Positions 10,501-15,842 are shown, counted from the stretch's first letter. The stretch: DNA of 16,309 nt from Gemmatimonadaceae bacterium (GCA_033763905.1 JANRJP010000033.1:1-16309); one strand, 5' to 3'. Notes: generated from the sequence alone by a model not told the origin. Translations and numbers: made by a program.

Positions 10501-13500
10501 TGCCGATGAAGTTGGTGACCACCGAGCCGGCGACGCCCACCTTGCCACCGGCGCCGAGGCCCGCGGCGATCGCCGCGATCGAGCCTTCGCCAGTCGCATC
10601 CACCGTCACGTTGCGCGCCTTGATCTTCGCGTTCGCGCCCGTGATCTGTGCCGTCGTCTCACCCGCAAGGCGGTTCACCGCCACGGCCACGCCCGCACCG
10701 CCCGTCTTCCCAATCCCGACCGCACCGGCCAGCGCGCGAATGCCGCCGCGGCCATTCGTCTCGTCGTCCGGATCCGCATTTTCGAAATCGCCAGCGATGT
10801 TGCTCGCCGACAGTGCGAAATCAGCCGTCTCGCTGGCATAGACAGCGTTCGTCACTGACGCTTTCACGGTATTGTCGATCGTGTTGACCGCGACCGAGGC
10901 GCCGATGCCGGCCCCTTTCGATCCGGCGCCCGCCGCCGCGAGCAGTTCGATTTCGGATTCGTCCTCCGCCGTGATGGAAACGCCGCGCGCCGCCTCGACC
11001 AGTCTGTCGGCCGTGCCGCCCGGCGTGGTGACGAATGCCGTGCTCGTGTTGTCCAGCCAGGCTTCGGCAAAATTGGTGATGGTGTTGCCCGCGCCGACGC
11101 CGGTGATCGTGAGCTTGTCGCTCGCGCCCAGCGAAGCGCCGAGGGTGCGGATGTCGTTCTGGTTGCGGGCGGTCAGCGCGAGCGCACCCGCCACGACGAG
11201 CTTGGCGTTCGTGGCGTAAGCGCGCGTCTCGTTGCCGATTTCATTGACTAGCACCGAGGCGCCGAAGCCCGCCTTGCCGCCAAGCGTGACGGCGCCGGCA
11301 ATCGCGTAAATGTCCGAGAGATCCTCGGCGAAGAGGGACAGGTCACCGAGCTGTGTGCCACCGGCGGTCGTGACCAGCTTCGCGCCCGTGACATGGGCGA
11401 GCGTCGCGTTGTCGATCTCGTTGTACGACATAGAGCCCGCCATGTTGATGCCGGACTTCTGCTTCGAGCCGCTGCCACTCGCCGTGAGCGCGCGGATGCC
11501 GCCGTCGCGGGTCGCCGCGATGCGCGCGTCGCCTGCGACGTCGACGGTCTGCGTGCTCGCGACGAACGCTTCCGTGGTACCCGAGATATCGTTCAGCGCG
11601 AACGAGCCGGCCAGGCCGACGGACGTGCCCTTCGTGTTGCTGTCACCGCGCAGATCCGCGCTCACTGCGCCGCCGAGGGCCCAGATCTCGCTGTCGTTCG
11701 CCGCCGTGACGGCCAGCGACGGCGGGACGTCCCCGCCGCCCGCCGGCGCAGCCGCAATGCCGCTGTCGATCTTCCCGCCGCCGTTGAGATAGGCGCGGGT
11801 GGTGTCGGCGATGTCGTTGATCGCGACGTCCCCCGACACGTGCAGGCCGCCACTGACTTTCTCCGCGCCTTCGCCGCTGCTCTTGCTCTTCTTGGAATCG
11901 GCCGGGTCGGGCGCCGACGGGGTTTCGCTCTCGTTGGCGGCGACGGCTGCCGCAAGCGCCGCGGTCCAGATGCTGCCGCTGGTGTTGGCGTCGACGCTGA
12001 CCGAGCCGTCGGCATCGACCGCGCCGGCCTGGACGGTCTGGGTTGGATCGAAGGTGTCGTTGCCGATGAGTGCCTGGGTGCGCCGCTCGAAATCGTTGAC
12101 CGTGACGGACGCGCCGAAGCTCAGCTTCTGGCCGCGGCCGATTGCCCCGGCAGTGTTCACTGCGAGTGCGTAGTCGTCGGCCAACAGCGAAAGCTTTCCG
12201 GCAAGATCGACGTTCGCCCCGTCGTCGATGCGCGCGAGGGTGTCGTTGTCGACATCGACCGACGCGAAGCTGCCGGCGAAGCCGTACTTGCCGGCCTTGG
12301 CGCCTGCCACGGCGATCGAGACGTCGATGATGTCGCTGGTCGCGCTGACGGCGAGATCCCGGGCGTCGATCATGGCGTTCCGATCGACCCAGGCATGCGT
12401 GGTATTGGCGTACCAGGAGCCGAGCATGCTGCCGCCGACGCCGCCCTTCTCCCCGCCCGTGCTGAAGAGCTTGATACCCTTCTTGCTCACGGCGTCGAGA
12501 AAGAAGTTCGCGACGCCCGACAGGCCGACGCTGACGACTTGCGATTCGGCGGTGACCGCCACATCACCAGGCGCGGGATTGCCGGCCTTGAAGAAGTCCG
12601 CATCCTGATTGACGCGGGCGTACTCGCCGATGCTGGCGTTGGCCCAGTTGTCGTAATCGAGCAGGTTGACGCTGCCGGCAATCGCGATGTCACCCGCCTC
12701 AGCCGAGCTCTGCGCCCAGCTGTTGAAGAAGGTATCGGGGATGCCGAGGTTGCTGTCGGGGATGGCTTCGAGCCAGGCGGACAGTGAGAAGGTATTGTCC
12801 TTGATGGCCTCGAGCGGCGCCCAGGTGATGACGTAAGGCGTCAACGTCCGTGCCTCGACCGTCAGTGTGCCGCGCGCATCGACGTTCGCCAGCCTGCTCA
12901 CGCTGCCGGCAATCGTCGCGGTGGCCACGTTGTCGAAATTGCCGACGATCACGGCGGCGCTCGCCGCATTCTTCTTGCCGGTACTGCCGGGGGTGTCGTC
13001 GGACTGCGAGGTCTCACTGGCCGCACTGAGGCGCTGCTGGTCCGAGGTCTCGGCGAGCAGTGACAGGTCGCCCAGCGTCTCGATGTCGGCACCAGCACCT
13101 ATCGTCGCCGACGCCTCGTTGCGATGATTCGCGACAACGACGGCGGCCGAGAGGCCGTTCTGGTCGACGAAGCTCTTGTTGGTCTCGCTGGTGGTCGTGG
13201 TACTGGTGGCGCTGTCGCTGCTGGTCTGCGCGCTACTCGCAATCTTGTTCTCGATCCATTCGGCGACCGCCTGGATGATGCCGGCCTTGTTGAGGAACGA
13301 CAGGTTGGACGGCGTCTTGGCGGCGCCGTCTTCGAGGTATTCCTCGAAGAAGCTGTCGCCGATCGTCGCGCTCGCCTTCGTGGCGTTGCCATCGGTGCTG
13401 GCATTCGCCGCAATTTCGAGCGCACCACCGGCCTCGACCGCGCCGCTGACGCTGGTCAGCGCGCGGGTATTGGAGAGCGTGACGGCTACTGCCGCACCGA

Positions 13501-15592
13501 GCAGATCGTTGCCCGCACCGGCCTCGACTTCGGTCGAGAGATCCTTGGTGCTGACCGCACCTATCGATACCTTCGCCGCCGGCCCGCCGCCGCGCACGGT
13601 CGCGCCCTCGGCCACCGTCGTCGTCGCCGCTCCGTACGCTTCGGTGACCGCGACGACCACGTCGACCGGCACCTTCGCTTGCTTCGAGACATCGATGACC
13701 TTGGCGGCGATCGAGGTCTTGTTGTCGATCGTCGACTCGATGCCGATGGCACCCGGCGCGGTGACCAGCGTGCCCGTCTTGAGTTCCACGGTGGCATTCG
13801 CCGTGCTGCGCCCATAGCCGACAGCTGCCACGGTGCCGTAGGTCGAGATCGTCGCTTTCGAGTTCGCGGTCGCTGCGATGTCGACCGCGCTGCTGGCCTC
13901 CAGTGTCGTGTGGACGGCGGTGGTCGACTGCTCCAGCGTGATGCTGGCATTCGACTTGGCGATGGAGAAACCGATGAACGGCCTCAGATCCGAGAGGAAG
14001 CGGATTGCGTCGTCACCGAACGCGGCGGCGTTCCAATAGCCGTCGTTCTCACCGATCGCCGCGGCGCTTGCGCCGTCGAAGAGGTAACCGGCGGTGGCGA
14101 GGGCATCGAGCGTGATCGTGCCTCCCTTGAGGCTCGCGCCTTTCAGGCTGATCGAAGCCACGTTCCCGTCGCCGAAGGGATTGACCAGGAATGCCGCCGC
14201 ATCGGCGTCGAGCGTCACGTCGCCGGCGAGTGCGGCGCTTGCTGCGTAGGCGTGAATCTCGGAGCCTTCGACGGTGATCTGCTCGGCGTCGAAGAGGATG
14301 TCACCCGCGCCGAAGGCGCCATCGGCGAAACTGTGGATCTTGCTGCCACCGAGGATTTCAATCGTCGGCGCCGTCAGCGTGATGTTGCCGGAGGGCGCGG
14401 TCGAATTGCCGCTCGCGTTGACGACGCGGCTGGAGACGGTGGTGTTCGTCAGCCTGATGAGACTGTCGGCGAGTATGGACAGATGGCCGCCAGCGACGGT
14501 GAGTCCGTCGCGCGTGCTGCCCGCGTTGAGCGAGCCACCGCTCAGCACGAACTGGTCGGGGTCGATCAGGATGCTACCCTGTTGTCCGAACACTGCTCCT
14601 GCATCGAAGTAGCCGCCCGCGAGTTCGACGGTGCGCTTCGCGCTCAGCTCGATGAAACCGCCGTCGCCCGAGATATCGCCGCCGCGCGCCTCGATCCGGG
14701 CGTCCTTGGCGAAATGCGTGTCGCGCTCGGCGACAACGACCACGGACCCGGCGTCGGCGTTCGCACCGTGGCCCGATGCGCTGAGAAGGGCAGGTCCATC
14801 GAGACGGATGTCCTGCGCGGCCCGCACGTTGATGTCGCCGCCCTCCGCACTGAGCGTACCGGTGATGGCCACGTCCCGACTCGCCGCGAGTGCAATGCGA
14901 CCCGCGTCCATCGTCACGCCCTGCGCGCTGTCGAGGCCGTCGAGATTCACGGCACTGGCGAAGACATCGGCCGTCGCCGCGTCCGCGCGCACCGCACCGG
15001 CGACTTCGATCGTGCCGGCGCGAATGTTCGCGCCCGTGGTGGTGTTCACGGTGCCGCGGATGGAAATCAGACCTTCCGGATCGATCGGCATGCTGCCGTC
15101 GAGCAACTGCGTCGTGGCCGTCGCGGACGGCTCGCCCGGTGCGGCGAAGAAACGCTGCATGAACGCCTGCGTAGGCGTGCTGAGATGCAGCGCGCCCGTG
15201 TTGACGACGCCGTCGGCGCCGACCACGACGCCGTGCGGATTCGCGATGTAGACGTTGCCGCCGATGCCACCGTTGCGGATGGCGTTCAGCACGCCGTCGA
15301 TTTGCGTGCGCTCGTCGTGGACGAGGTTCAGCAGGTTCTGCGTGCCGCTCGGCAGATGCAGATTGACCGTGTCGCCGGTCCCGACATTGAAGCGGCTGAA
15401 GGAATTGAACGCATTCTGGCCGCGCACGGTGCCGGTGGTGACCTGGGTGTTAGCGCCGCTCGTGCCGACGTGAGTCGCGGTATTGCCGTCGGGCACGATG
15501 AGCGTCTGCGCGGGCAGCACGCTGGACCAGAAGAAGCAGAACGCAGTGAAGCCGGCGACGACTCGACGAGCGCGGGTACGGGAAGGCGACAT
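1592..15592 (-). CDS. TpsA giant secreted beta-helical exoprotein (filamentous haemagglutinin-like; resembles leukotoxin LktA-family filamentous adhesins), 4666 aa
   Basis: Uninterrupted 14,001-bp ORF with an AGGAGG SD, a signal peptide and an N-terminal TPS secretion domain (NAFNSFSRFNV...GGNVYIANPHGVVVG...VNTGALHLSTPT). It continues with thousands of residues of Ala/Gly/Val/Ser/Thr/Asp-rich degenerate repeats and sits next to a cognate TpsB. The LktA-like assignment rests on my recognition of the TTGTVRGQNAFNSF N-terminus and the G-A-S-V-x-V-N repeats, not on a search. Confidence 0.95.
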   Translation of the reverse strand: MSPSRTRARRVVAGFTAFCFFWSSVLPAQTLIVPDGNTATHVGTSGANTQVTTGTVRGQNAFNSFSRFNVGTGDTVNLHLPSGTQNLLNLVHDERTQIDGVLNAIRNGGIGGNVYIANPHGVVVGADGVVNTGALHLSTPTQAFMQRFFAAPGEPSATATTQLLDGSMPIDPEGLISIRGTVNTTTGANIRAGTIEVAGAVRADAATADVFASAVNLDGLDSAQGVTMDAGRIALAASRDVAITGTLSAEGGDINVRAAQDIRLDGPALLSASGHGANADAGSVVVVAERDTHFAKDARIEARGGDISGDGGFIELSAKRTVELAGGYFDAGAVFGQQGSILIDPDQFVLSGGSLNAGSTRDGLTVAGGHLSILADSLIRLTNTTVSSRVVNASGNSTAPSGNITLTAPTIEILGGSKIHSFADGAFGAGDILFDAEQITVEGSEIHAYAASAALAGDVTLDADAAAFLVNPFGDGNVASISLKGASLKGGTITLDALATAGYLFDGASAAAIGENDGYWNAAAFGDDAIRFLSDLRPFIGFSIAKSNASITLEQSTTAVHTTLEASSAVDIAATANSKATISTYGTVAAVGYGRSTANATVELKTGTLVTAPGAIGIESTIDNKTSIAAKVIDVSKQAKVPVDVVVAVTEAYGAATTTVAEGATVRGGGPAAKVSIGAVSTKDLSTEVEAGAGNDLLGAAVAVTLSNTRALTSVSGAVEAGGALEIAANASTDGNATKASATIGDSFFEEYLEDGAAKTPSNLSFLNKAGIIQAVAEWIENKIASSAQTSSDSATSTTTTSETNKSFVDQNGLSAAVVVANHRNEASATIGAGADIETLGDLSLLAETSDQQRLSAASETSQSDDTPGSTGKKNAASAAVIVGNFDNVATATIAGSVSRLANVDARGTLTVEARTLTPYVITWAPLEAIKDNTFSLSAWLEAIPDSNLGIPDTFFNSWAQSSAEAGDIAIAGSVNLLDYDNWANASIGEYARVNQDADFFKAGNPAPGDVAVTAESQVVSVGLSGVANFFLDAVSKKGIKLFSTGGEKGGVGGSMLGSWYANTTHAWVDRNAMIDARDLAVSATSDIIDVSIAVAGAKAGKYGFAGSFASVDVDNDTLARIDDGANVDLAGKLSLLADDYALAVNTAGAIGRGQKLSFGASVTVNDFERRTQALIGNDTFDPTQTVQAGAVDADGSVSVDANTSGSIWTAALAAAVAANESETPSAPDPADSKKSKSSGEGAEKVSGGLHVSGDVAINDIADTTRAYLNGGGKIDSGIAAAPAGGGDVPPSLAVTAANDSEIWALGGAVSADLRGDSNTKGTSVGLAGSFALNDISGTTEAFVASTQTVDVAGDARIAATRDGGIRALTASGSGSKQKSGINMAGSMSYNEIDNATLAHVTGAKLVTTAGGTQLGDLSLFAEDLSDIYAIAGAVTLGGKAGFGASVLVNEIGNETRAYATNAKLVVAGALALTARNQNDIRTLGASLGASDKLTITGVGAGNTITNFAEAWLDNTSTAFVTTPGGTADRLVEAARGVSITAEDESEIELLAAAGAGSKGAGIGASVAVNTIDNTVKASVTNAVYASETADFALSASNIAGDFENADPDDETNGRGGIRALAGAVGIGKTGGAGVAVAVNRLAGETTAQITGANAKIKARNVTVDATGEGSIAAIAAGLGAGGKVGVAGSVVTNFIGNTTNALVDGAAHVEGVRNVGVRAQSDDRITVAAGSAGIGVGGVGVGASVTVNKIDSSTTARIGNAAHDRTVVDARSVDGQTDALEVYDGTLDEDVDLAAAVNVASYASLDLKSKKQKKDVTGIAVNASATQHIENIDVNVAAGQGLGAGAAVNVNLVQGATVAEIVNADVNLGASADGDAQSVDVTAANQAYGNGFVGNVSAGGAAFGAALDTHVFDRTTRGAIVGSEVAAADEVDVAALAGMGASSFGIGGSLGGFAVAGTGSVVKFSGLTEALVSESDVEARRIDVVADTLARMHLVGGAVAIGGTVGVAGTFALGIADGTTRAYVDGGVDGRSHLWATDGIGVAAHGLIDMRSYAIGGSGAGGVGLAGVAVVNLATSTVEAYVADTDVGEEDLEVSSLDVDARGDIVIDNVAGGLAAGGTAGVGAGASVNVLKSRVAAELVDSTVYGSGAVEVTALSTNDVAATAVMAGVGGTAGIGGAATVTLLGVAPDAETLTEADKGGSGTLSEADKMAKSNRLADTGSDDTVALTAEERDEINGSSRHEVKVAVTGTRPYETVASIRNATVNAGSLLVSAQDASLAETLAGGVGAGLGVGVGGGVGVTHMRANVRAVVDATSTIDVDSTFTLSAKAAPLPGSGDPFGGLAEVTAFAGGAGLVGLGAAVAIGTVDNLVEAELAGDVTRAGTVTITAFDDTDLATDSVGAALGAAAVGVAVARSTKNSTVTARTADGTAAAHASVTAGGASLSAEGRGSVTADVQAAAGGLAIAANGADARASDTSHVTAKSGQYTVFELGGGALALSAIASPATRAAASGVSIAAGGGIGASFARASATSFATALIGAHSDINVGSLFVTASQVRQSGLASAASEASGSGGGLLFGINASESEAYTGATVLASIVDDALLDIGGDLSLFASSDGHASALVSGVSVGFLAVGANKSRATSGSTTTASLAAEGDGVDGNVGVVASGADHTSASATAGAGGVIAGAAASATTRNLSTTIAEVAAAPTIGGLLDVRAEHLASFDGYVNALSASLLGASGGSAHHDVDPTVRARVVAGAKLEAGSLQVFATNVARKTTVGAFDLEAGAGGIFGGAAASTLADVSLLTYATIDADADVTLTDTAESGGGATIAARNDFTLSDRVRLDAGGAIAIARAESAVIAHALATSGLGARARLDSAGNVLIAAGNRGVASASANAKTYGLAGAAEGLSTAEIHADSLVDIAAAARVRADGDITLTAGRDGIGRADELRAIARTDLFNKTAFPVETNPDANARVAHASRIDVAATGAVHAVQDITLIADRGAAFADGRGTGKDLYREILAAIASFFSNLFGGGDVSLDLHSGTSLLANVGEVRVDGEVAAGIQSRQELEFDVTGALVTQTAGVNFDTLDDVDLVANLIADLQNFEELREAYTGNANAQAAYDNEILRIRRQLADLGYTADPANTIPVIQVLADFIVIDDVRARGGDISVEAGSLLGNGVLDAPGDAAIRITNHGAANLRLGKLTIEDVGGRLSFNGATVNDNDAISRRNAPGAPGARFASISTGGTGGAPRIDVENTYAPEAQVDGSAGRAPDIQVTDDLTNVNGTISIQNSRGSVLVVGNDFESGPRITADTIDIDAGGDFVQSYVNGLYNIGGSQNDPSMMWASVASASEAGKVDRVVSGSRVGQGSIIAGNNVFISARYLNINGTVQSGIPDWSLDLDSGLVADIDAWRSDYIAALEAGAVLPGKLQLKGSLADPKGTIAAFYNPETDQVELEGVRIRGGYMQLFGEILSTEGGHLNVIDGFGRIDIENHTGRSLVVNSLDTGNGIEGQLLITDTAKQHAIDGVFRPVTTRYTRVGADIQRQDLVLVEGEEVLIDDPDVRMNARSWEYSPVSGQRYVWTTGQNFIEQFIGTSSNTTVLGFIPAGSNNYSQYVGPTPLSGTPLRDGEYTAIGAVAGSDYAYDFDRFQTAGLQRTYRQEWSSCNFWFFGCVSRTYYIRDTWAQGSREFHTHSVRADHAIDIEFIGYDAGELSVASDASLKLHGVVRNSTGNVNLSSSAGSIELVSEFGAVRGTNISLSAATGIGSEVAPVVTEAVGGAVSATTLSGDVALRTRNGDLVLSRVGTSDGDVWLNADGSLLGAVGSIEPHVEGRNLNLNAALGGIGTETQALMIATGTGGVLNARAFDDIHLAQETGDLALERVESLDGDVTITVRDGDLLDGNTHETRDTRAESELLDLWKDLGLVGAEAEASRNSTLDAFEGSKTAEYRAYWQYRGVREIRDEEGEITGYTVEDHDPAYAYAVSAEERAALDANGLTDDEIGAYADRRTAEYHRLHEAWGGTSYDPDYEYEATSAERSELAEGYKWEQNELRYALSGNIVFKKTTDTETSIEEPNVVGRNVTLRSLAGSVGSERTPVVIPGTQTGLTDEQRIALAAAEADDVAVDTVSETVTVLRREDVDVAANGQLLVEGRDHVYLGGEQDLNIKSVTSDGQVRIKGAEGIFDVSTDAAPTVRAGGLIVEAAHGDIGAAGDPLRIALANGTTLTARAGGSIFLDERLGNLRVASVLAKGTADLSALGGVTDARVAQDSVALNAAAIRLSSRTGDVGSAASPFSVFASTGAFGGTVAGGVYATTPTGDLRIEALKAGGDVQLRAPRSLLGVGTAPHVTGAKIDLTAGTGTIGSPDQFFSVDSNGKVLAKADTGLWFEEWNGDLQARDIGTRTGPLKIRVRNGNALFDNLYSDEVLDFDLAGGSLVVGYLEADGVDLTVRQEGATLLVGEMRIVDGARLRADRILLPKLVHTGALDTLLLDLRGNDDGLANLVDVDIESASPVMFTSLATKLADIFSTSRELSLLNATITERGDIRHPANSVIIDNGSPRLLPGPAQLFTDGDPFFLALAEAARIQTNALIVSYDDNFVVNAFSTENSVMRMTQKAMAVQDNVSTAALQGELFGGDTVDAGLLIDLDNLEAGGFWRVPGAGEFGVAP
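6600..13950 (-). repeat. Degenerate protein-level repeats (roughly 55-75 aa period) forming the TpsA beta-helical shaft
   Basis: Recurring units such as ...AGAVTLGGKAGFGASVLVNEIGNETRAYATNAKLVVAGALALTA..., ...GAGIGASVAVNTIDNTVKASV... and ...GVGAGASVNVLKSRVAAELVD.... I saw no exact DNA-level tandem repeats. Boundaries are approximate. Confidence 0.75.
14900..15508 (-). other. TPS (haemagglutination-activity) secretion domain of TpsA; lower boundary approximate
   Basis: NSFSRFNV motif and an NPHG variant of the NPNG motif at 15241-15230. The upstream NPNL motif of FHA/ShlA-type TPS domains is not seen. Confidence 0.85.
15509..15592 (-). other. Predicted Sec signal peptide of TpsA (about 28 aa)
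   Basis: MSPSRTRARR (basic n-region), VVAGFTAFCFFW (h-region), SSVLPA/QT (likely cleavage after Ala28). No ESPR-type extended signal peptide is recognisable. Confidence 0.75.
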
Positions 15593-15596
15593 ATCC

Positions 15597-15602
15597 CCTC
15601 CT
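15597..15602 (-). promoter_or_regulatory. Shine-Dalgarno sequence of tpsA
   Basis: Minus strand reads CCCC-AGGAGG-GGAT-ATG, with AGGAGG 4 nt before the ATG at 15592. Confidence 0.85.
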
Positions 15603-15608
15603 GGGGTG

Positions 15609-15650
15609 GCCGCCTCGGGGCGGCTCTAATTCGGAGGAGTGGTCTCCTCC
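15609..15650 (-). promoter_or_regulatory. Two stem-loops in the tpsA 5' leader
   Basis: GGAGGAG-ACCA-CUCCUCC (15650-15633, 7-bp perfect stem) and GCCGCC-CCGA-GGCGGC (15624-15609, 6-bp GC stem). The structures are read directly from the sequence. Their function is unknown. Confidence 0.55.
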
Positions 15651-15673
15651 TGTTGTTGCTGTGGGTCTGTCAT
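15626..15673 (-). CDS. Possible 15-aa leader peptide MTDPQQQQEETTPPN
   Basis: ATG ACA GAC CCA CAG CAA CAA CAG GAG GAG ACC ACT CCT CCG AAT TAG. It has only a weak SD (AGAG, 6 nt upstream) and could be a chance ORF. Confidence 0.2.
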   Translation of the reverse strand: MTDPQQQQEETTPPN

Positions 15674-15703
15674 TCGATTCTCTGCTCAGCGCTTGTAGCG
15701 GTA

Positions 15704-15717
15704 TTGACCCCGATCAC
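15704..15717. promoter_or_regulatory. Putative Crp/Fnr-family binding site
   Basis: TTGAC-CCCG-ATCAC matches the FNR box TTGAT-N4-ATCAA at 8/10. It is centred about 40.5 bp upstream of the +1 implied by a GAGAAT -10-like hexamer (15682-15677, minus strand). Confidence 0.4.
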
Positions 15718-15736
15718 GTGCGTGTCGGAATTCGTC

Positions 15737-15784
15737 TGTCAGCAAAGCATGTAAGCATTTGTCTGACAATTTGGTTTGTCAGCA
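15737..15784. promoter_or_regulatory. Putative transcription-factor operator cluster (TGTCA/TGACA motifs) in an AT-rich patch
   Basis: Perfect inverted repeat CTGACAA-N6-TTGTCAG (15763-15782), overlapping palindrome TTGTC-T-GACAA (15759-15769), and direct repeat TGTCAGCA at 15737-15744 and 15777-15784. Confidence 0.45.
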
Positions 15785-15842
15785 TTGATGGACACCGAGG
15801 ACGTGGCGCCGCGCAGCGCATGGCCGGTGAGTGCGGCCAAGT

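Noticed and set aside
15690..15800. Sigma54 promoter or FleQ box upstream of tpsA
   Set aside because: I found no TGGCAC-N5-TTGC match on the minus strand and only partial GTC-N8-GAC-like matches.
15821..15839. Hairpin TGGCCG-N7-CGGCCA as an intrinsic terminator
   Set aside because: The stem is short and has no U-tract on either strand.
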